The notes under the pieces: generated by a model | Database searches by the model: none | Seen by the model: only the letters and a program-made list of their open reading frames with translations | Told to the model about the DNA's origin: nothing | Program-made: the position numbers and the translations under genes | In this document: one piece after another, positions 47,260 through 59,900 of the stretch | Numbering within the stretch: position 1 is the stretch's first letter | Layout of the letters: the number at the start of each line of letters is the position of its first letter | Assembly: GCA_964035545.1 (NCBI GenBank) | Contig: OZ037768.1 | Coordinates: forward strand, 4,558,741 to 4,622,740 | Source of the DNA: Bugula neritina | Lineage: Eukaryota > Animalia > Bryozoa | DNA: 64,000 nt | Direction: 5' to 3'

Positions 47260-50200
47260 CTAGCTGTAATAAAAATGATTGTCAGCTACATTCACATTAG
47301 CTGAGTTGTGTACAGGGGTTCTGGATAGGCGGTTATACTTTGTTGGTTCTCTTAGTTTATTGACTTGAGAGTATAAAATCCTGTCACTAGAGGTCCTTCC
47401 ATGTCTAGTTAGAACTGGTGATGACCTCTGAACCTCAGCTGCTATAAACACGTCGTCTCTTTCTGGCTGGTCCATTGGAGTGTAGCCAACCATCAGGTTT
47501 GGTTGATTCTTAGTTTCAGAGTCATCGAGATTCAGAGAGTTACCAGAAGCAGATTGCTGTTTCCTACACTGAGGGTTCTGCTTTCTACAAAGCCATCAGT
47601 TTAAACAGCATAATAGGCTGTTCTTCAATATAGTGAGGTTGCAGCAATTATATTTTAACATTATTAAAAGTGAAGTTTTAGTTTTAATTACACATGTAAA
47701 ATCTAACATATTAAAACTATTATAGCTTGCTTTATATATTTTAATACTATAACTGAAGCATTTGCAGTATCAGAGAAATTGTGAAACCTCCAATGTGTTT
47801 CTGATGACAATTACTGTTTTTTCTTAAACCTAAATTTGCATAGAAGAATGACTCGGCCATTCTCTTTAACCAACATGCTGCTAGCTGTACAAACATTGTT
47901 ACTCAGTAGCCACAATTTAAAATATTAGGTTTTTACGTAGGCTCAGTAATAGAAAAATTGGGAAAAGCCTGTGTTCTAGATGAAAAATGTAGCAAAGAAA
48001 GTTATGTTATTTCAATTTCCCACTCTAAACCAAAACTTATAGAAAAATTTTAAGAGCTGGGGCTATTGAAATCTTTCCACTACTGCGCCTCTAACTCACT
48101 CCCATTTAGCTATTATACTCAAGAATATTGGACATCCTAAACTTTGATAAAACGTTTAATAACAACTCACCGTCTTAGCATGATGATGGAGACTAGAATA
48201 ATTACAAACACGACTAGAAGAGTCAAGGTCACACAGACACCAATCACTATCAGGTTGTTGCTATCTAAACTGGCAGCTGACACAGCCCCTGTGCCTGTAG
48301 AGTGTTAGCATAGATTAGTGGTTACTATATGTGTTGAACTATTTCAGTCATTTCAACAATATTGCGCTATAATGCAATTCTTTTACATTCATTAATGCAA
48401 AATAATGAGAGCTCACATTCAATGTGTGAAAACAACAATAACTACCGGTAAAAAATTTTTGTGCTTTGAAACAATGTTATTAAAACTATATACTACAATA
48501 TTCATAATACATAGTAGGAACCTAAATTTTCTGAAGCTAACAAATCTATACACCCTATCAGTTATCAATTTTGCTATTTACATGCCAGCGCTCTATGATT
48601 TTGACAGAGTTGTGGTTACAATTAATTTTTTAAGTGTGCAAATATTGGCTAATTTAACACTTTTTTTATAAAATTGACAAATAAAAGAAAAAAGTTGAAT
48701 CTCACCACTTGAGCACAGCGGGAGTTGTATGCTCCATGAGTTGTTGTACAAGCAGGTTAGACTAACTTCGTAGCCTGTAGAATTGCACTTTGCCATATAC
48801 TTCATGGGTGACTTTTTTACCACCCCATAACCAGCGTCCACAATTTCTTCTATGCTACATGCCAAGGCTACCAATATCATATTATTATAAGAAATTGCAA
48901 TTTCTAAGTAATGGTCACAATCATGCAGTTTACGGAAGTTATGTTTATTATTACTCACAGCTCCTGTGAGAAAATGGATGGTAAGGCTATAAACTACGAA
49001 ACTGCAAGAAGCAGCATTGAACTAAGGGCCAATGAGTGCAAAGCGTTTATAGACATAACACCCTAACTTTAAACACGGGAGCCCCATCCCTCCCCCCAAC
49101 CACTGTACTTAGTGACCACTAACTCGGAGCTGCTTCAAGCCACAACATAGCCTGAGGACTTATTTTAAAGTAGTATAAAGCAATAATTATGACCAGATGC
49201 TATTCCTAAGATAACTTTGCTGGGACTGATTCACCAACCTAACCCAATAGTACTTTATGTTGATCCACCTAGACTACTAAACTTCAGCTGCTTCTCATAA
49301 ACTTGATACGAGTAACTATGAAACAGTTATTTGCTACATAAATTCACAAATATAAAAAGTTTTTAATGTGGCCTACATGCAGTCAAAATAATTTTAAAAT
49401 TTTAAAGACTTCGCTACAATAGCACACGTTGCGATATATTACTATATATGGTCATAGGCACAAGGCCTTTGCAATACTGTAATGATATACCAAAGTAAGG
49501 AAAGAAGCACTTTGTATAGTCAGTAGTTCGCTGAAACAAATCTTTAGCAAAATAATTTTCAGCTCATACTGTCATGCAAACTTGAAAACTATATTGAAAG
49601 ATTGTAGGTTATTGGCACTTCTCAACTGCATGCACCATGCAGTGCTAGATTGTAAAAGGAAACTGGAATGACATACACCTCAAAAGCAAGTGCTGCTTTA
49701 ACTTATTTATAGTCACATAATAAAAGTATTGTATTATTGTATTATAATATTGTTCTTTCAGATTTGCTTATGTGAATCAGAGCCAGACCTGTACAGGGGG
49801 AGTAACTCCAGTTGCCAGTTTGGTGACACACAGCCTTGGCAGTTTCAGCCCCTTCAGCATGGAAACCAGGAATACACTTGTAGCCCACCTCTGAGAGGTA
49901 GGTGGTGAGGTAGGGGTCGTTGTACTCAGCATTCATCATCTTGAATGGTCCACAGTCTACCACTGATGATATTAAATCATATGGGTTTTAGAAGCGGCTA
50001 ATTCATTACAGATTCAACCAATTGAGTTGTGGTTTGCTTTGTGATTCACGACTAATTTGCTTATTGTTGTAACAACTGAAATGCACTGACTGTATTTTTA
50101 TTAGAGCAGTTTTAAATAAACAATTGCAATATACATTCTGAACTCAAAAAAACTTATGTATTTGATTAGCATTTGTAAGTTTAGCTTAATTTCATCAAGT

Positions 50201-52823
50201 TTTCAGTCAATTTTTTATAGAATACCTTTTTCCTGTTCACATAGTACACTTATAAACCAATAAAAAATGACATAAATATAAACATTTGAGCTGAATTGTT
50301 TAAAGCTTAATATGCAGTATTAGCTGATCGGATACTGACCTTCACAAGAAGGCACAGGGTTGTTCCAGAATGTTCCTATTCCAGAGTGAAGAACACAAAT
50401 GCTGGTAGACAGGCCAATAAGGTTAAAGCCATCATTGCAGCCAAACAAAGCCTTAGCTCCAACTAGTGTTGACCCCACACTCACTTTACCATTAACCATC
50501 TGTGAAGGAACCTTGCATACTCCAACTATCAAAGTATATAGAATCAATTACAAAATTTGTTTTAAGTTCTTTCAAATCACATAATCATATAATTATCAAA
50601 GTGTACAGCATCAGTTACTGAAATTGGAAATGACATAGTTCAGAGTTTAGAATATATTTTTGAGAGTTGTCTCACCTATGCACTGATGAACTTGATTTCC
50701 TTTCCACACATACTTATCCTCTCTAGCCAAGTGTTCGCAGATAATACTTGTAGTGGTGTACACACTTCCTTCGAGAAGGTATCCAGTATCACAGTATATG
50801 GTTGAGGTGTACTGAGTTGTAAAGGGGGTGTAACTCCCACTTTCTAGTTTATAGTGTGACCCGGCTATGACATCATCTTCCGCACACCCTATGGCTAGCA
50901 AGAATAGTCATAGAATATTTTATAATTTTACAATTAGGCATATGGTCAGCTTTGGTCACCTTTCACCGCAGTGGTCCTGCGCAGGTGGCGGGTTACAATT
51001 AAGCATATATATTATTAAAAGAATATGCATGTTACACGTGAATGCATAGCTGTTAGTTAGCAATGCAACATTTGATATATGCGTTAAATTAATAGAAGAG
51101 ACTAGAGTACCTATACAAGTCATAGTTTGTTAAAGTTACATTAATGCTTTACATAATATGCTTATTTTGAAACACAGAAATTATTACTGCTACCTTTACA
51201 AATTCTACTGAAAATTGAAAAAAATCATTTTGTAACAGATAATTGCAATGTATGAATTAAAAACCAGAAAGGCTGTAGCACTAGCTATTAATCATAATCT
51301 AAAATTTAAAGCAAATTAGCAAATTATTAGGTATGTAATGCAAGCATATCTTGGGTTTTCACTACTTTTTCAAATAAGGAAAAAGCGTTCAAAACATTAA
51401 TTTTTCTTCTCAGTCCAAAGTGAGGCTTGTTATTTACTACCTCAGCTAATATTGTTTCAAATCTACTGTTTGCACTAAAGAACTACATGTAAATAAACTT
51501 ACCTGTTACACTCACAGCGACTCGGTCTTTGTTAGAATTGCTGCTGTACCAGACATCTAGTCTGTTGCTTTGAGTAAAGAAGATCTGTTGGTAAGTGGTG
51601 ACAACTCCACACTTTGACGCTGAGTTTTCCCCATCTGATAGTCTTAGGAAATCAGTACCACAGGCTGATATGCTGAATTTCTGGTATATGTGCACCACCA
51701 TTCTAGTAAATGTCAGGTAGTATGTGTTAATGAAGTGTATGAATATATATTTTAGAGTGTGAGTTGCAGCGTAATAACTAAAGGAGCAGCTATTGTTTAG
51801 TGCTTAGAGTGATGGGTATTATAGCACATGTGCTAGGTCATGGGTTCAAGTCTCAGAAAAACGTAGTTGCTCCTTTTCTCATTAAGCTTTTTTACTAACG
51901 TGTCATAAGAGACACATGTGAGCTTCTTTACAAAGATTGCAGCGTAAAACAAAACAAAAGCTATCTATTTATTTCCAAATACATCAAACAAGAATTTTCT
52001 ACAAAACTAAACAATTAATTTACTTATTGCAGCTATTATAGTATTAAATAATTACAAGTTGCACTAAAAATCTGCTAATTAAGCTATATTGCATTGTATT
52101 TTCTTTGTTGTCCAGCACCCAGCCTTGTGTTAGTCTCATGCAGTGCTATATACTCTGAGACTAACTTCTAACCAAGTTTCACTTACTTCTGGCCGGGTTT
52201 AGCTTTCACAGATATGGTGCAGTTTGCTCTCACTAGACCCCTATTGTAGGAGAAACCAGGTGCCACGAGTATCAACCCTTCAGAGTGCATGATCTCATTT
52301 TCCTCACACACGTACACCAGACTGCTAGAGGTGAGGGCAGCTGGAATAGTTGGACTTTTTCATAACATTAGAGCAGGAGAAGGATTAAACAATAGACTCT
52401 TAGCCCGGTTAATTTTTTTATTTATTAAGCACCCTAATTTGAACTTGAACTATTAATTATCATTTTATTTGCTATATACATGATATTCTGTTTTATGCAT
52501 TATATATAGCTGTAATATTTTATTGCCACACAGGATTTATAAGCTACATTTGGCTTCTGCTGCTAATGTGAAAACCTGCAGACTGAGAATATATTAAAGT
52601 GCCAATGAAGCTAACACAACATTAAACAAACATGGTAACAGTTATATTATTGGGTGACATCAATTGCAGATACATTGTATTAATTGATGGATATGAAATA
52701 TAAACATGGCATTATTGTCACGCTACTATAACTGCACATACAATTATAATGTTAAACTTAAGTCCTAAACCAACCTGCAAAAGTGCAGAAAATCACAACA
52801 GGAAGAAGACAAATCTGCTTCAT
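47260..52823 (-). CDS. Type I membrane protein: signal peptide, CUB-like domain, four Sushi/CCP-like modules, TM helix, tyrosine-motif cytoplasmic tail
   Basis: Exons ~52823-52775 (MKQICLLPVVIFCTFA), ~52340-52188 and ~51702-51502 (CUB-like: ANCTISVKA...ACGTDFLRLSDG...KCG...SNRLDVWYSS). Four phase-1 exons carry C...C..G(F/Y)...C....W...C (~50890, ~50520, ~49960, ~48860). TM exon 48294-48171 (LIVIGVCVTLTLLVVFVIILVSIIMLRR), tail exon 47584-47260. Confidence 0.85.
49005..49136. mobile_element. Decayed copy of the 14638-14797 MITE family
   Basis: Right arm GTGACCACTAACTCGGAGCTGCTT and a degenerate left arm GAAGCAGC...GAGTGCA. Confidence 0.5.
51783..51875 (+). mobile_element. Degenerate SINE head related to 44032-44249
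   Basis: GGAGCAGC...TTAGAGTG...GTCATGGGTTCAAGTC resembles the tRNA-like head. Confidence 0.45.
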
Positions 52824-53550
52824 TCTTCTATTGCCAAAACTTAAGCGCCTAAAAATAACATTTATTTTATATATAAATTTTGTAATATTGTCCTTGGAAA
52901 TATATATGTTATGTAATGTTATGTAAGTTTTATATTTTATCTTTTTGTTTTGTAAAACTAGTTTGTCCATGTTATTTTTTATCTGTTTTTACAAATTCTT
53001 AAAGAGCACTTCTTTATCTGCTCAAAGTTAAATCTTATTGCCCCCCCACCCCCCACCCCTCGTCATAACTTCCATTAAAACATTTTTATGCACTATAAAA
53101 ACAGTGTATTCACTAATCACTATAAATTATTGAGCCATTTAAAATAAAGAAAACATACCAACATAACTACCAACATAAAAGTTAAAAAATCTCAAATGTA
53201 GGTATATGTATAATAATATTAAAATAATAATGTTTCTAAAGAATAATTCTATTGTCATATTGTTATACCACACGTTTACATTCACAAGAAAATGCAGTTT
53301 TACAGCATAAAGTTTTTATTAGCCTTTGTTAGCAAACTACACGTAAATGGTTATTGTACCAATAAGCTAACTTTACAAAAATATTTAAAATATTCTAACA
53401 ATTCCTGTTGAAATGTGAAGAAATATTAATTTTGTAAAAGCTTAATTACATGATGATTTAAACTATACTCCAAATAACTTAAAGATGTCCAGCAAAGTAA
53501 ATAATCATAAAGTTTGATTACCCTGAAATAGAGCAGACTATATAGTAAAC

Positions 53551-55079
53551 ATGGGCGATGCAGATAGACATAAAGCCCCTTTATGTAACAAACTATATAA
53601 TGCAGCCATAGAAAAAGAAGCAGATGAACCTAGCAGTATACTGTCTGATGCAGACGACGGAATGTATGATGCCGCGTGCCTCTCTCTCAATTCATTAGAT
53701 CAGATATATAAAGATAATACCGTAGAAATTGAAGCATCTCCATTTATAAACACAGGAAACCTAAGTGAGCCTTTTTTATAGTCAGCACACCACAACTATA
53801 GAAAACTGCTTGTTAAACTAAAAGTTACTGTTTTGTACCATTATTAAGCAAAACATAACCGCAACATCAAATAAATTAACACAATTTTTGTTATTTAAAA
53901 ATAACAGTTTAAAGGCATTAATTCATTTTTTTATGTTAATCAGATGCCAACTTTGTGACGGCCAGTAGTAAAGGAAGTGTTTATGGAACGGCTGTAAGTG
54001 ACGACTACGAAAAACATGTCTCAATTTGTTACGAGTCACACTCCACGGTTGAACAAATCAGTTCTATTAGCTGTACCCGAAGTCTGTGTAATCTACTTGA
54101 CTTGGACCAGTCTAGTGTAACTGGTAGTTTGAGCAGCTGTGGCAGTGACACATCAAACAACTCTAGCAGCAGTGACCTCACTCATAGTAACTCGGGTCAG
54201 TTCTACTGATATCTAAGATAAGTATAGAAAATGTCCTAATGCTAGCATTAACAAAACCGTACACTTACATTGGTCTCATTGCTTAAAATTAAAAGCGTCT
54301 GTCATGTATAAGATAAAAACAAATCGGGGGGGGGTGGGGGAGGAAGGGGCGGTGTAAAAAGTTTGTTGACCTAAAGCTGATCGTTAATACCTAATCCACG
54401 TAACCTGTATAGAATGTTCTTTTTTTATTAAAATGGCGGACTCAAAAAATACATACTAACATAATGTATATACTAAAATTACTATTCAGAATTAATTACT
54501 TTAAATTTTACTAAAAGTAAAATTCTGGAAGTTATCCTAATTTATATGATCAAACCCTGTTAAAGTCCATGATAGTCTTTCATTTAGTGCAGGTTTTATA
54601 ATTTTTCTTGCATTCTATGAAAACTTGCATCATTACTATATTTTCTGAATGCTTTAAAAATAAGGATATAAAACACACTTTTATTTACTTTAGGCGACAT
54701 AAGCTCTACTACGACATCAATGAAAATAAATTTCCAAGCTGCCGAAGAGAAAGGTTGTTACTTAATCTCACCAGTATTTAAAAAAGATGGCAGAACATGG
54801 CTACACAAGTCTTCTGCGCCCTCTAAATACGGAATTACAAACTTGGTGTCGGGAAGATTCAAGAAAGACTCCCGAACATGGCTACACAAGAAGAGTAAAA
54901 AAAGAAAACTTTTCACTACTTTATCAGACAGCAAGCTGTACGAATTGATGGACTTCCCAACCAGAGTTTGTTTAAAACGCTGCTACATGGGCCCTAAAAA
55001 CGATGAGCATTATTCGAAAAAGCAAAAGATTTCTGATTTCACACAATTTAACTCAAATGAATCAGATTTAGCAAGATGA
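53551..55079 (+). CDS. Putative 3-exon orphan protein (283 aa; exons 53551-53764, 53944-54195, 54694-55079)
   Basis: Three adjacent ORFs join via two phase-1 GT-AG introns (A|gtgagc..cag|AT; G|gtcagt..tag|GC) into one open frame. Acidic/Ser-rich N-half, basic C-half. No family recognised. Confidence 0.6.
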
Positions 55080-56930
55080 TATGCTTTAAGGTCAATTAGA
55101 GATATTTAAAAGAAGAACAGCAATCAAATAGACAAGTAAATAGGTGTGTAATAACTTACCTCAAGAAATGTGCTAACAGAGTGCTTGATTCTCTCACAAG
55201 AAGTAGTGGAAAAGATTTGTTATTTCAAATGGTTGGAGTTTAAGGCTGAGTTGTAAGCAGTTATTAGTTACTCAGGAAGTATACACAGTCTTCTATAAAT
55301 ATAAATGTATCTCTGTAAATATAGCCAATAATGCCCAAGACTGTCTTAAAATGTAAGTTTGATATATAACTGAAGCAAGCTAATTGTGATGATCATGCTT
55401 TATTACATCTTACCTTAGCAGCTAATTTAAATTGAGTCACTGTAATATAGTCAAATATTATCAACTGCGGACAACACATACAGAATCAACCTGCTTACAA
55501 TACCCAAGCTTCAGCTTTCTGAAAGAAGAAACCAAATATGATGCTTGCATCTGCTGCACTGGCATCAAATTAATTTGCTGCTCGATGTTACCAGCTAGCT
55601 TATCTATTATTAAATCTCATGTATGTTCAAGATAGAATTTGATTCCTTTCAATTACTCATAGAAATGCAGTTGGATGGTAGAATTTACATTAGTTTAAGT
55701 GAAAGAGGCCTTAGAAAGATCCTATAATGTAGCGAAGGTCATGCAGATATTAATGCTGTGTGAACTTAATTTGTCAACATCAAAGTATGCTAAAAGTTAT
55801 AATTATAGGGGAGTATGGGTGTTCACCAATTAGCTGGAAAGAGCAATCTTAAGTCAGTATATTGATTGCCAGTTTTAATTTATAATTGTAAACTTATTTG
55901 CTCTATAGAAAATATTTAGCTAAAAGGTGTTGCTAAAGTCTGCATTTCTATTCCTCCAATTGTGGATCAACTTTTGAGTATATAGTATGAAGTTGTTGCA
56001 ATAAGGAAATATAATACAATACTTGCTAGAAACTTTCAAATACCGGCAGCAAAATACTAATAAAGTATCACAGATTAACTTAAAACTAGCGAAAAACTTC
56101 TTTTAATAAAATTATTTGAGATAATTATCAACTAGATCTATTATCCTATGCCCTTCGCTGTTCATTTTGGGTATATCTTAAATTGAATCATTCTTACGAG
56201 CATAGTTATTACAATAGGCTAGAAGAGTAGTGTTACATTCAATCTGAAAGAGGATTTTCATCGAGTTCTGACTAGTTTACATATAACATGTTATACCACT
56301 ATGTTCTATCAAAATAGATTTTTGTTTGCTTCCAGCAATTTTTTTGCAAAAACATAGATCAGTTTAGTAATTTACAGAATAATGCATTGAATATGCTGCA
56401 TTTTCATGGTTTCAAATAAGATGCACTGTAAATTTTATCCCAATAGGAAATATTTTAAAGCATAGCCATAGAAATAGATAGATAAATTTACACACTAAAA
56501 GCGCTTGCTAGCACAAACTGCAACTTTTCAAGTGAATATAAACAAACCGAACAATTTCAAACAGACAAGACTGTAAGTTTTAAAATTAAAATATAAATTT
56601 TGTGTATTTATTGGCCTCAACTTTGTAACAAGCGATTAAAATACAGAAAGAACTAAAACATAGAGTTGAAAGGTTACCATAGAATTGCTTAAAGTCTTGC
56701 ATCGATTAGAAGTACATTAAAATTGGCTCAAAATTCCAAGAATAGCTAAATGCTGCAGAAAAATAGGTTGTCAAGACCTGTATTCAAGTTGTATTGCTAA
56801 TATTAACTTACAAAGCAAATGGACTACATTTTCAATAATACTCTCCGAAACCAATCATAAACATAGAACTCTCATGGTAGTACTAAATATATATACATAA
56901 AAGTCATAAGATATGTCATGGAAGGGCTGA

Positions 56931-59900
56931 CTAGTTGAACAGGTGGTTATAAAGCTTTCTTTTTCTTAGTAGAACTATTTGACTGGGAGTTAGTGCTTGT
57001 ACTGTCGTCACTCTCATCACTGGCACTATATGTATATGTTGGAGCACTTAGCCCCAAAACAGCGTCCTTGTCTACGGTAACAGCCACTACATCACTTCCT
57101 GGCACCTCAAACATGGTGTCCAGCAGAATGTTTTCCTAAAATTACACATTACGTAGTGAATTCAAAAGAAAGAAATTATTTCTAAATAGCCATGCAACTG
57201 TACAATGAATTATCTCTTGGCTAGGAATTAGTAGCAGAAGAAGTTATGAGTGATTTAGACAACTTAACAAATAAATTACCTACAATTTATTATAAATGGT
57301 GGGAATAAAAAACTTGCTCAACAGTCATTACATCATAGGTGGTTGACAACAAAAATTAACATTTTCCATAATTCATACATAATAGATAGTAGCTATACTG
57401 ATGAACTTTTTTAAACTAATAAAACATGTTTTAGATTGACAAGTGGAATTATTTAATTTACCATCAAGGAATATGAATAAAAACATTGGAACTACAGTGA
57501 ATAGACACTGGAACTACAGTGAATAGACAAAAGGAGAACCCATCAACTTCAGCATATCAAGACTATATATATACCGAGCCTTACCAAGATGGCTCTCAGT
57601 CCCCTAGCACCAGTCTTCCTCGTCTGTGCAGTCTTGGCAATTTCCTTGAGAGCATCTTCAGTGAAGTCAAGAGCCACCTACAAGTTGTTGATATGAATCA
57701 TGTATCTATTATATACATGAGTCATTTGTTATGATGGCCTGCTGCCAGCATCAACACATGGAACATGAGTCAAGATGGCAGCTAACCTTGTCGATGTTGA
57801 AGAGAACCTGGAACTGGGGGATCAGAGCATTCTTCGGCACAGTCAATATCTCCACAAGCATCTCCTGGGTCAAGTTATGGAATGATGTGAGAATGGGGAA
57901 CCGACCTACAAACTCTGGTATCATACCATAAGATATGAGGTCCTGGGCTTCCACCTGTAAACACGAACCTGCATGTTACATGGAAGTGTATTAGGATACT
58001 GCATCTAATAGCTGAGCAGAATCACTCCAATGTTTATACTATTTGCGAATCATGAAGCACACGAATACATCACCAGAGAGAGATGTTTATCTTTAAGTTT
58101 CAGTTCTTCTAGATTTTCATCCTCGTCACTAGTAGCGGTTTCACTAGCAACGGAGGGGACAGCCGTGGATGTAGTCGCATCCTCGGGCAGATTCGGACTT
58201 CCAAATCCACTAAACTGTGTAAAAAAAACATAAATTTATGAGCCAATACTGAATTGATTGCTGTGTCAACTTGAAAACTTACTTTCCAACAAATAAGAAG
58301 AAATGAGACACCAGCCTAAGTAATCCAAACCACAACACAAAGGAACCCAGGTAATGAGAATGTAAAGCTGTGATCTACACAAACAAACAGCTATTACTGT
58401 GTTTCCTAATAGAATATAGAGTTGGTAGTATTTTCATCCACACCTTTTCTGAGGTTCGTTTGCTAATAATCTTATCGAGGCCGTTGAATGCACCCGAGGC
58501 TATGAAGAGGATGTTAGTTGTGTCCACCACGATAGATTCACCTCTCAACTTTTTAGAGCTCTTATCTGATACAGACACTGTCGTGCCTTCTATTAGTTTC
58601 AGCATGCCCTGCAACATATTACGTGTACTATATGAAATATTATGTATATACGTGTAATGTATATGTATTATGTAAATACGTGTATTATATCTTATATATT
58701 ATATTTCACAACAGAGACCTGAATTAGAAAATTTGGTAGAATAGTTATTAGGTAAAAAGAAATAATGGTAACTTCATAATACTATACATAATATTCATAT
58801 TAAAAACATATGTGATCAAGACTGCATCATTTTAGATTAAGTTTATCAACAAATTTAAAAATCGATATATTATGAAAAATAGCATTTAAAAACCAACTTT
58901 TAATCTTCGCCTTACAAATAATTTTCATTTTTCACATTTTCATGTTCAAAACTATTTAAATAAAATGTATGCCTAATTAGCCACTAGTGTTGCATGTGAT
59001 AAGATATATACTAATACTAAGATACACTATCAGTGAATATCATGTAGCACAAAATATTTGGTATAGGCGTCAGTGAAAAACAAGTACCTGCTGAACACCT
59101 TCACCGCCGACATCCCTGAGTTGGTGGACACCAGGCACTGCACCTATCTTGTCAATCTCATCTAAAAATACTATACCCTGCTGTGCTAACTCTACGTCTC
59201 CATTTGCATCCTACAGCATACAATATATAGCCTAGATACATGTACATAGCTTACGCACGCAATACGTAACACAGTACATATTTCACTATGCAATACCTAC
59301 ATGCAAGCAACATGTGACTGCTTATCACAGGTCAATTATTTACACATTACTCATATTACATACTACTTTAAGAAATAATGTACAAAAATGAGTTAATAAT
59401 AAGACACCAACTGTTTTATACAAACCAGAAAAAATCTGGCTGACAGCTGGTGAGACAACTCTAAATACATGATATGATTTCAATAACTGGCAAGATGTTA
59501 TCAAATACACAACAATACAGATAGTAAGTATATTAAATACACAATACAGATAGTGAGTATATCAAACAGGAAGTGTGTAGCTGAAGCACCTGTAGAAGTT
59601 TGGAGATGACACTCTCAACATCCTCTCCGACATAGCCAGCCTGTGTAAGTGTTGTGCAATCACAGATAGCAAACGGCACGTCTAGACATCGAGCCAAAGT
59701 CTGTGCCAAGAATGTCTTGCCTTGAAGGAGACACATCACATGTTATAGAGAGAATAGAGATCAGTGCATCTGTCTACTGGTTGACACATAACATATTCAA
59801 GCTGTTCTTTAAACTAAAGCACTAACTAGTCTACATTCTACCATGTTGACTAGAGATACTTTGTGGAGCATCTGGAGTTGTGTCCCCAAACTAATGAAGG

